DNA of 64,000 bases from an uncultured Solirubrobacterales bacterium. GTDB taxonomy: Bacteria > Actinomycetota > Thermoleophilia > Solirubrobacterales > Solirubrobacteraceae. Positions 36,994-44,717 of the stretch are shown here, one piece after another; position 1 is the first letter of the stretch, and the number at the start of each line of letters is the position of its first letter. Below the pieces are notes generated by a model. The model searched no databases, was not told the origin of the DNA, and worked only from the letters and a program-made list of their open reading frames with translations. The stretch covers positions 75,540 through 139,539 of the forward strand of contig CAVRYX010000001.1 of NCBI GenBank assembly GCA_963725535.1, in the 5' to 3' direction. The position numbers and the translations under genes are program-made.

Positions 36994-37418
36994 TCCTCTT
37001 TGACGTCAACGTGCTGCTCAACGCCCATCGGGTCGAGCAGCCTGATCACGAGGTCGCACGCGATTTGCTCGAACGCACCGCTGGGGCGGTACACCCCTTC
37101 GCTCTCTCCGAGTTCATCCTCAGCTCCTTCGTGCGCATCGCCACGCACCGTCGCGCACTGAACCCGCCGACCCCTCTCGGTGATGCTCTCGACTTCTGTG
37201 ACGGTCTTCGCGCCCGGCCCAACGCACGTATCGTCGCTCCCGGTCGCCGCCACTGGACGCTGTTCGCTGACCTCTGCCGGCGAGTCGACGCCGTCGGCAA
37301 TCTGGCGGCCGACGCGTACCTAGCAGCGCTCGCGATCGAGTCTGGCTGCGAATGGATCAGTTTCGACCGCGACTTCGCGCGCTTCTCCGGGCTCAACTGG
37401 CGCTCGCCCGCAGACTGA
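36990..37418 (+). CDS. vapC: type II toxin, PIN-domain ribonuclease VapC
   Basis: MILFDVNVLLNAH...; conserved acidic residues (D5, E41 region, D98, D117-like FDRDF). Confidence 0.85.
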   Translation: MILFDVNVLLNAHRVEQPDHEVARDLLERTAGAVHPFALSEFILSSFVRIATHRRALNPPTPLGDALDFCDGLRARPNARIVAPGRRHWTLFADLCRRVDAVGNLAADAYLAALAIESGCEWISFDRDFARFSGLNWRSPAD

Positions 37419-37463
37419 GCCGCGTGCGGGCGTCTCACCGAGATCGGGTACGTTCGCTGAGGC

Positions 37464-37982
37464 ATGGAGCTCGAGCACGCAATCCGAACGAGGCGCACCC
37501 ACAAGGTGTTCGCCCCAGAGCCGGTGGCGCCGGAGCTGCTGCAACAACTGTTCGAGCTGGCCCGCTGGGCTCCGAACCACCACCTCACCAACCCTTGGCG
37601 CTTTCGGGTGCTCGGCCCAAGCACCGTCGAACGGCTCAAGGGGATCGCCGAGGACGCCGCCCCCGGTTCGGCGAGCAAGCTCGATCGCGCCCCCACCCTT
37701 GTTGTTGCATCGGTTTGCACGCAGGGTGACAGCGCTCAGCAGAGAGAGGATCTGCTCGCGAGCGCGGTCGCCGCCTATCTGGTGCTACTCGCCGCCCACG
37801 GGGCAGGGCTCGCCGGCTACTGGCGGACTCTGCCGCTCCTCGACTCACCGGCCGGCCGGGAGGTGCTCGCACTCGACGCCCTCGAGACCCCAATTGGGCT
37901 ACTCCACCTCGGCCGCCCTCGCCAGGACCAGCATGTGCCCGAGCGGGCACCCGCCGCCGACTTCGTGCGCCACCTGCCCTAG
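37464..37982 (+). CDS. nitroreductase family protein
   Basis: IRTRRTHKVFAPEPV...LFELARWAPNHHLTNPWRF, typical nitroreductase N-terminus. Confidence 0.85.
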   Translation: MELEHAIRTRRTHKVFAPEPVAPELLQQLFELARWAPNHHLTNPWRFRVLGPSTVERLKGIAEDAAPGSASKLDRAPTLVVASVCTQGDSAQQREDLLASAVAAYLVLLAAHGAGLAGYWRTLPLLDSPAGREVLALDALETPIGLLHLGRPRQDQHVPERAPAADFVRHLP

Positions 37983-38137
37983 AAACCGGTGGCGTCTCAT
38001 CGTCTGAGACTGATGGCTGACTGGAGTTCTGGGATCGAGACTCGCGACGGATCTCGCTCGCCGAAGCGGGTGCCTGATGGAATCCCGTCCCAGGCGTCTC
38101 CCAAGACTGGCGAGGCGGCTGGTGGCGGGCGGACCGG

Positions 38138-38593
38138 TCAGTCAATCCGCTCCGCCAGCTCGACGATGATCCCCTCGGGGCCGCGGACATAGCAGAGTAT
38201 GTAGCTGTCCTGGTAGCGCCCCAGCTCGCCGACGAGCTCTGCGCCGCGGGCTCGGAGGCGAGCGAGGACGGCGTCGATATCCTCGACGGCGAACGCGACG
38301 TGGCGGATACCCGAACCGTTCGCCGGCGCGCGCTGGTCGCCGCCGTCGGTCAACGGCGTGTGAAACTTCGTCAGCTCGAGCCGTCCGTGCCCGTCTGGAG
38401 TCCGCAGCATGGCGATCTGCGCCCGGACGCCCTCGAGCCCGATGATGCGGTCCACCCAATCGCCCTCGACCGGCGCTTCGCCCTGCAGCTCGAGTCCGAG
38501 CTCAACGAAGAACGCCACCGCGTCCGCGAGATCGTCGACAACTATGCCCACGTGGTCCATCCGCTGGATTGTCATATGCTCGATGGTAGGCAC
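38138..38593 (-). CDS. VOC/glyoxalase-family protein
   Basis: MDHVGIVVDDLADAVAFFVELG...IRHVAFAVEDIDAVLARLRARG...GPEGIIVEL. Confidence 0.85.
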   Translation of the reverse strand: MPTIEHMTIQRMDHVGIVVDDLADAVAFFVELGLELQGEAPVEGDWVDRIIGLEGVRAQIAMLRTPDGHGRLELTKFHTPLTDGGDQRAPANGSGIRHVAFAVEDIDAVLARLRARGAELVGELGRYQDSYILCYVRGPEGIIVELAERID

Positions 38594-38739
38594 GCGACTG
38601 AGCCCCAGTGCGGCAGCTCATCGATTCGAGATAGGCCAATCTCATCCATGTGAGACAGTAGGCGTCTCATTCATGTGAGACAGCCAGCCAGCCAAACGGA
38701 CGCCATGCACCCGATCACCAAGAGCTACGGGACCTGCTC

Positions 38740-39786
38740 ATGATCGACCTCTGGAGCGCCGTCAAGGACCTGCCGATCGCGATTGAGTCGTCCTCGTTCG
38801 AGGCACTTGTGCCGAGCGGCGCGACCGGGCTCGAGGACCACTCGACGACGCAGCTGCGACTGCAGGGCCGTGGCGAGGAGGGCGTCGGCGAGCAGGTCGG
38901 CATGGGGGATGCCCAAGAGAGCCTGCGCGCGAGCGACTTCCCGCTGACCGGCGAGTGGGCTACGCTCGCCGGCTTCCTCGTCCATGTCGACGCGATCGAC
39001 ATGTGGCCCGAGCCGCCCGAGTACGAGCTGCAGCGCAACTGGCGGCGCTGGACGTTCGAGTCTGCGGCGCTCGATCTCGCGCTGCGCCAGTCGGCCACGA
39101 GCCTGCCCGAGGTCCTCGGCCGTACGCCCCAGCGGGTGAGGTTCGTCAACTCGTTCGGGCTCGGCGATCCACCGGACATCGACAAGGTCGCCGACCGGCG
39201 GACGCTGCATCCGACGGTCGGCTTCAAGCTCGACGTCGCGCCGTCGTGGACGCAGGAGATCATGGATCGCGTCGCGGCGGTCGAGGGTGTCGCGACGATC
39301 GACTTCAAGGGCCAGTACGGCCTCGAGGTCGAGGACGAGACGGCGCTGCTGGCGATGTACGAACGCACGCTGGCCACGTTCACCGAGGTCATCTTCGAGG
39401 ACCCGCACGACCACCCTGCGGTGCTTGAGCTGCTCAAGCCGATCGCGGATCGCGTCTCCTACGACGCGCCGATCACGAGCGTAGCGTCGATCGGCGCGAC
39501 CCCCATCAGGGTACGGATCGTCAACGTCAAGCCCTGTCGCGTCGGCCGCCTGGAGGAGCTCAGCCGCTTGTACGCGCACTGCGAGTCCGCCGGCATTCAG
39601 ATGTACAACGGTGGCATGGGCGAGCTCGGCGTCGGCCGCGGGCAGGCCCAGCTGCTCGCGTCGCTCTTCCATCCCCGCGCGCCCAACGACATTGCGCCTT
39701 CGGGTTACAACCTCAAGGATCCACCGCCCGGTCTGCCGCCGAGCCCGCTCGATCCCACGCCGGACCGCGGCTTTCGCCGCCGGTAA
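38740..39786 (+). CDS. enolase-superfamily-like (MR/MLE-type barrel) hypothetical enzyme
   Basis: Order of putative catalytic motifs: FKLDV, IDFKGQY, FEDP, SYDAP, VNVKPCRVG. Assignment is by motif pattern only. Confidence 0.55.
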   Translation: MIDLWSAVKDLPIAIESSSFEALVPSGATGLEDHSTTQLRLQGRGEEGVGEQVGMGDAQESLRASDFPLTGEWATLAGFLVHVDAIDMWPEPPEYELQRNWRRWTFESAALDLALRQSATSLPEVLGRTPQRVRFVNSFGLGDPPDIDKVADRRTLHPTVGFKLDVAPSWTQEIMDRVAAVEGVATIDFKGQYGLEVEDETALLAMYERTLATFTEVIFEDPHDHPAVLELLKPIADRVSYDAPITSVASIGATPIRVRIVNVKPCRVGRLEELSRLYAHCESAGIQMYNGGMGELGVGRGQAQLLASLFHPRAPNDIAPSGYNLKDPPPGLPPSPLDPTPDRGFRRR

Positions 39787-39965
39787 CCCGCAACGCCCAT
39801 GGTGCGGCGTCCCGCCACATACGTGCGGCGTCCCGCCAATCTGAGACAGCCGAGTCCCATTCATCTGAGACCTTGACGTCCCGTCCATGTGAGACTGGGT
39901 CGCCGGAGCGGCTGTGTTCGGGGCACGGACCCGCGAGTAGAGCGGGGGACGTCCTGGAGCCTTGG

Positions 39966-40664
39966 TTAGGCCGTTTTCTTCGGTGTCGAGGTGAGGGCTG
40001 GTGCCGGCTGCAGAGCGAGGCCCCAGCCGGCGGCCATGTTTTCGAGGGCGTGGGGAGGAGGGTCGGTCAACGGGACCGGGGCGTCGATGGCTTCGAGGCT
40101 TGCGCGACCCTCGAACAGTGCGTAGCAGGGCAGGCCGTCGAGTCGCGAGGGGAAGCGAATCCCAGCGTATCCGAGCGCATCGTAAGCATCCGTGGCGATC
40201 CCGCGGGTCACGGCGCGGCGCCGGAATGTGACCTCCGCGATGTCGAAGTGGGCCATCCCATGAGCAGCGAGCAGGGCGGCATGGCGTTGCTCGATATCGT
40301 GGCGAACAGCGGTGTCGGTGAGATCGAGGATCTCGCCGTCGCTGTCGATCCGGCAGGAGGCGAGCACGTTCTGTCGCCGCCAGTCGGCAGAGATCTCCTC
40401 AGCCGGCAGGTCGGCCCTTGCCTGCTCGCCGAACGCTTCGAGATAGCGTGCCACCTCGTGGGTGTTGCGGCGCAGGTCGGCGAGCACCTCACGCAGAGCC
40501 GTTTCTGGGCGGATAGCGCAGTAGAGCGTGCGGAAGCGCTGCATGGCGTCATCGAAGCGATGGTTCCAGGAGCATCGCTCCCACGGGACGAACCCGATCG
40601 GGTCAGAGATGTGGCCGACCCGCCAGCGGACGTCGCCCGGCGCCTCGAGACCGGGGGTGCTCAC
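39966..40664 (-). CDS. RES-domain toxin (NAD-targeting type II toxin family)
   Basis: NHRFDD..RTLYCA, TALREV, IRFPSRLDG..CYALFE (the R-E-S signature order). 4-nt overlap with the upstream antitoxin gene. Confidence 0.85.
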   Translation of the reverse strand: MSTPGLEAPGDVRWRVGHISDPIGFVPWERCSWNHRFDDAMQRFRTLYCAIRPETALREVLADLRRNTHEVARYLEAFGEQARADLPAEEISADWRRQNVLASCRIDSDGEILDLTDTAVRHDIEQRHAALLAAHGMAHFDIAEVTFRRRAVTRGIATDAYDALGYAGIRFPSRLDGLPCYALFEGRASLEAIDAPVPLTDPPPHALENMAAGWGLALQPAPALTSTPKKTA

Positions 40665-41053
40665 ACGTCTGCGCTGGCGAACTGCCGCGCGGCACGGACG
40701 ACAGCGACGAAGTCCTCGGGTACCGCGCCGTTGCGCAGCACCCCGATCGGTGCCTGATCATCGAGGCGGCTGTTCGTGCCGAACAGCCAGTTGCGGGTCG
40801 TGGCCTCGTCGTAGCAGTCGAGGAGCATGCGCACGACCTTGTAGCCCTCGCGCAGTCGCAACTCGACCTGCGGGGTTGGCGTGGGCCCGCCGGGCTTGCG
40901 GTAGCGACCGATCTGCTTGATGTCGTTGAGACCCGCAAGGTAGGCGGTCATCCGCTGCCCCAGGGCGTTCTGCAAGCAGTCGGCGATCACGGCGATCGAT
41001 TTCGTAGCTGCGTCATGCTCAAGCTGCTCCGCGGTGCTGAGAACGAGTGGCAT
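40661..41053 (-). CDS. Xre/MbcA/ParS-type antitoxin (DUF2384 toxin-binding domain)
   Basis: C-terminal NWLFGTNSRLDDQAPIGVLRNG....VVRAARQ motif; AGGAGGAG upstream. Confidence 0.8.
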   Translation of the reverse strand: MPLVLSTAEQLEHDAATKSIAVIADCLQNALGQRMTAYLAGLNDIKQIGRYRKPGGPTPTPQVELRLREGYKVVRMLLDCYDEATTRNWLFGTNSRLDDQAPIGVLRNGAVPEDFVAVVRAARQFASADV

Positions 41054-41208
41054 CGGGCTCCTCCTTTTCGTCGTGGATCACACACTACCATGTTATCGAC
41101 CCTAAAACAACCGTCTAAACACACCTAATGCGATCTCGTTCGACAGGCTTGCGCCGCCTACGTGTGCGCCGCCGGATCCACTGAGGGGGAGCACTGGTCC
41201 CAAGCGCC

Positions 41209-41345
41209 TCACTCCAGGTCGAGCAGGCCCGGCAGCTCATCGAGCGAACGCAGCACTCCCGCTCCGGCGTCCAGCAGCGCCTGCTCGTTGCTGTCCGCCA
41301 CGTAGCCAAGAGCACGCATGCCGGCGTGGACCGCGGCGGCCGTAA
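41209..41345 (-). pseudogene. possible remnant of the C-terminus of a HAD-family hydrolase
   Basis: AAVHAGMRALGYVADSNEQALLDAGAGVLRSLDELPGLL resembles the last HAD motif and tail. Nothing upstream matches. Confidence 0.3.
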
Positions 41346-41428
41346 CCCGCCTCGTCCGACGGGTGTAGTTCTGTCCTAGCGATGACCTTGACTGTCCACA
41401 TCTCCCTTCTCGCAACGAGCGTCTGAAC

Positions 41429-42289
41429 ATGGCACGCGGCGATCACATCTACGTCGAGCGCTTCCAGGGCGTCTACTCCCACCACGGCTTGGATCGCGGC
41501 GACGGCACTGTGGTCCATCTGTGCGCTGACGAGGGTGCTGGGAAGCTCACCTCGGCGGTTCGCTGTTCCAAGATGGTGGACTTCGCTCAGGGAGCCGAAG
41601 TGAAAGTGATGCGCTACGGCGAGAGGCTCTCTGGCGAGGAGGCGGTCGCGCGCGCGGAATCGCTCCTCGGATCCTCGGGCTATGACCTCTTCAGCAACAA
41701 CTGCGAGCATTTTGCGTGCTGGTGCGTGACTGGGGAGCGGCTAAGCGAACAGGTGCGCGCGGCGGGGGCTGGGGCTGGGCTGCTCGGCACCGCGGCGCTG
41801 GGTCCGCGAGCCGGAGTGGGTCTGGTGGCCGGGGTGGGGGAGACGCCGGCGTTAAGCGCGCCGAACCTGATGTCGGGTCTGCGTAAGGTTGGTGGCGGCA
41901 ACGCAGTCGGCGGCCTCGCGGTGCTCGCTGGTGCCGGTGCGGTTCTCGGCGGCGGCGCTGTATGTCTAGCGTTCAGGGATAGGTCTTGCCTGCCAGACGA
42001 GGAGCGAGATGCGCGTCGCGCTGCACGCGCGGCCACTGTCGCCGGCGGCGCGATCGGTACGGTCGGAGTTGTCTACGCCGTCGGTCGCCTGGGCGTCCCA
42101 GGCTACGGAGCGGCAGGGATCAGCTCGGGGCTCAGTGCACTGGGCGCGCCGCTCGGCGGCGGGATGGTGGCTGGAATGACGGTCTCAGTGCTCGCGCCTG
42201 CATTGCTGGCCGCAGCGCTCGCGGTGTTGCTCTACGCGCTCGTCCGCTACATACGACCACGTCGCGCACCCGTTTGTCCAAACGGGTAG
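41429..42289 (+). CDS. LRAT/NlpC-P60-superfamily domain protein with Gly-rich membrane C-terminus
   Basis: GDHIYVERFQGVYSHHGL (His box) and NNCEHFACWC (catalytic Cys), then ~170 aa Gly/Ala-rich with hydrophobic helices. Confidence 0.8.
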   Translation: MARGDHIYVERFQGVYSHHGLDRGDGTVVHLCADEGAGKLTSAVRCSKMVDFAQGAEVKVMRYGERLSGEEAVARAESLLGSSGYDLFSNNCEHFACWCVTGERLSEQVRAAGAGAGLLGTAALGPRAGVGLVAGVGETPALSAPNLMSGLRKVGGGNAVGGLAVLAGAGAVLGGGAVCLAFRDRSCLPDEERDARRAARAATVAGGAIGTVGVVYAVGRLGVPGYGAAGISSGLSALGAPLGGGMVAGMTVSVLAPALLAAALAVLLYALVRYIRPRRAPVCPNG

Positions 42290-42420
42290 TGGGTCAGTTT
42301 CAGGATCGGCCCCATAGGGGCCATCGCAGGGTTTAGGCTCGTCCGATCCCATCCAAGAGTTGCCCCCCGCGCTGCGCAAACAGCCGGGGGGCGTGGCACA
42401 GGAAAGGACGGACCTTCCCC

Positions 42421-42589
42421 ATGCAGGACCCATCCAATCAGGACGGGGGGACTGGTAGCCCCCTGGTCGAAGAGCTGATCGTCCTCCAGGTGCTCCGCGA
42501 CGATCGCCCGGACGGCTGCTCAATCAACGAGCTGCACAAGGAGATCGGCTTCGAGCGGGAGGACATCACCGACGCGGTTGACAGCCTGA
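42421..42589 (+). pseudogene. small winged-helix-like gene truncated by the IS256-like element
   Basis: LVEELIVLQVLRDDRPDGCSINELHKEIGFEREDITDAVDSLRS, then the frame runs into the IS inverted repeat and stops after 7 codons. Confidence 0.45.
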
Positions 42590-42677
42590 GGTCGCGTCCC
42601 GTGAGCCGGGGGAATTGAGGTTGCGGGCGTAGCCTCCGCTTTGACCCTGAACAAGTCGAAGATGGAGGTACGCCCGC

Positions 42678-43532
42678 ATGGAGAAGGTAGCCCCGAGCGA
42701 GAGGTTTCGCCTAGAGCTGGATGAGGTGTTGGCCGGTGTTGACCGGGAGCAGGACCCGGTGGAGGTGGTCGGCCGGCTGGGAGCCCGTTTGATCTTGCAG
42801 CAGGCGCTGGAGGACGAGGTTACGGAGTTCCTCGGCCGTCGTCGCTATCAGCGTGCCGAGGAGACGGTCAGCCACCGCAACGGGCACGAACCGAAGACGA
42901 TCAAGACGACGAGCGGCTCGATGAACGTGGAGCGCCCGCGAGTCCGCGACGCGGGGAAGCTGGGGTTCGTGAGCAAGATTCTCGGTAAGGGCGTAGCTCG
43001 CACGCACGCGTTGGAGTCGCTGGTGATCAGCAGCTTCCTGCGTGGCCTGTTGACGAGGGATGTGGAGGCGACGTTGGAGGAGGTCTTCGAGGAGCCGATC
43101 GCGTCCAAGAGCACGGTCTCGCGGATTTGCGAGGACACCCGGGAGCGATACCGCCGCTGGTGCGAGTGGCGCCTTGAGGAGCACGACATCGTGTACTTGT
43201 TCCTCGACGCGATTTACCTGAAGCTGCGCCCCGAGGATCAGCCCGCGGAGGGCGTCCTTGTGTGCTGGGGCATCACCCTGGAGGGCCGCAAGGTCCTGCT
43301 CGGGCTGGCCCTGGGGAGCCGTGAGAGCTACGACAGCTGGCTCGCGTTCGCCCGGGACATGATCGCCCGCGGTCTGCGGCCACCGGCGCTCGTGATCGCC
43401 GATGGAGCACCCGGGATCTGGAAGGCCGTCCGGGAGATCTGGCCCGACGCTCTCGAGCAGCGCTGCACAGTCCACGCGTTGCGCAACGTGACGAGCAAGC
43501 TGCCCGAGCGCCATCACCAAGAGATCAAGTAG
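42678..43532 (+). pseudogene. IS256-family transposase, N-terminal 284 aa (interrupted)
   Basis: LEDEVTEFLGRRRYQR...HRNGH, YLFLDAIYLKLR, LVIADGAPGIWKAV: the mutator-type DDE transposase pattern. Confidence 0.85.
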
Positions 43533-43608
43533 TGCTTTGTTAGTTTTGTTGTAGGAGTTTGCTTGGGTTGCGGCGAATCCTTCTCGCGTTTGGTTGTCAA
43601 CGTGAGGA

Positions 43609-44240
43609 GTGATGATGGTCGCGGTGAGCGAAGCGAATTCGGGTGTGAGCGGAAGGGTTGATGTGCCGTCGGTCGTGTTGGGTCGGCTGGAGGCGTTCGG
43701 GGTTGAGGTGCTGGCGCCAGCGATGAACCGGTCGGTGCAGGTGCTCAACGGCGGGGTGTATCTGCGTGGGTTGATCGAGCAGGGGGCTCGCAAGTCGCTT
43801 GAGCCGATGGTTCATCGCCTCGGCGGGGAGGCTGACTATCAGAGCTTGCAGCAGTTTCTGGCTGACAGTCCGTGGGATCCTGGGCTGGTTGTGCGTGCGG
43901 TCGCTGAGCGGGTCGCGCCGCGGATTGGTGTTGAGGCGTGGGTGTTGGACGACACTGGGTTTCCGAAGGACGGGAAGGACTCGCCGGGGGTCAAGCATCA
44001 GTACTCGGGGACGTTGGGGAAGACGGGGAACTGTCAGATCGGTGTGTCGGTCCACGCGGTCGGAAGACGGGGGACGGTTCCTTTGGGGTGGGCGCTGTAT
44101 CTACCGGAGGACTGGTGCGAGAACGCGGAGCGGCGACGCAAGGCGAAGATCCCGGATGAGGTGATGTTCAAGACCAAGCCGGAGCTCGGGGTCGAACTGG
44201 TCCAGCGCGCCGCCAGTTGGGATGTGCCGAAGGCGCCCGG
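43609..44240 (+). pseudogene. IS701-family (DDE) transposase, N-terminal part (interrupted)
   Basis: SLQQFLADSPWDPGLV, WVLDDTGFPKDGKDSPGVKHQYSGTLGKTGNCQIGV: the IS701/ISRso17-type pattern. Confidence 0.8.
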
Positions 44241-44284
44241 GTAGGCGTCGCACTACTCATGTTGTTGATCCTTTGCCGGAGCGG

Positions 44285-44713
44285 GTGCGGCTGGTGGGGG
44301 CTCCGGGAGAGCTGCGGGATGTTGAGCTCGAGGTGCGTGGGTGGACATCGGAGACGGGCGAGACCGCCCTGATCTGTCGGCTGGTGGATGGCAGTACCGG
44401 GGCGATCCCGGCGCGGTGGACGGATCTGCCGTGGCGAGCCCAGCCTGAGCCTGCGGTTGGTGGGTTGGCCTCGCCGGCGGGGTGGCGGTTATTGCTGGCG
44501 CGGGCGGAGCGGGTGCGAGCGCGTCGTCCGGGTCGCGGTCGAGCCTCCAGCGAAAACGGAGGCGATGATGTCGGGACAGCTCGCGCTGGTGATGAGCGAG
44601 GAGGTGCTGGTCGCGGCGGCGGTATGGGAGACGCTGCCACCGGAGCATCGGGTGCAGTTGACGCGCAGGCTCGCGCGGCTGCTGGCACGGCTGATGGAGG
44701 CCGAGCGCGATGA
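44285..44713 (+). CDS. small ORF A of the recombinase element (extent uncertain)
   Basis: VRLVGAPGELRDVELEVRGWTSETGETALICRLVDGSTGAIPARWTDLPW looks protein-like, but the distal half is Gly/Arg-rich and probably not coding. Confidence 0.3.
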   Translation: MRLVGAPGELRDVELEVRGWTSETGETALICRLVDGSTGAIPARWTDLPWRAQPEPAVGGLASPAGWRLLLARAERVRARRPGRGRASSENGGDDVGTARAGDERGGAGRGGGMGDAATGASGAVDAQARAAAGTADGGRAR

Positions 44714-44717
44714 GTGA
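44565..44717 (+). CDS. small ORF B (50 aa, helical), translationally coupled to the recombinase
   Basis: GGAGG then ATGATG; MMSGQLALVMSEEVLVAAAVWETLPPEHRVQLTRRLARLLARLMEAERDE. Its 3' end overlaps the recombinase start: recombinase ATG at 44710, ORF B stop at 44715-44717. Confidence 0.45.
   Translation: MMSGQLALVMSEEVLVAAAVWETLPPEHRVQLTRRLARLLARLMEAERDE

Noticed and set aside
41209-41430. 73-aa ORF as an intact gene
   Set aside because: Only the last ~40 residues resemble anything (a HAD C-terminus), and the N-terminus is Arg-rich noise. It is treated as a low-confidence remnant.
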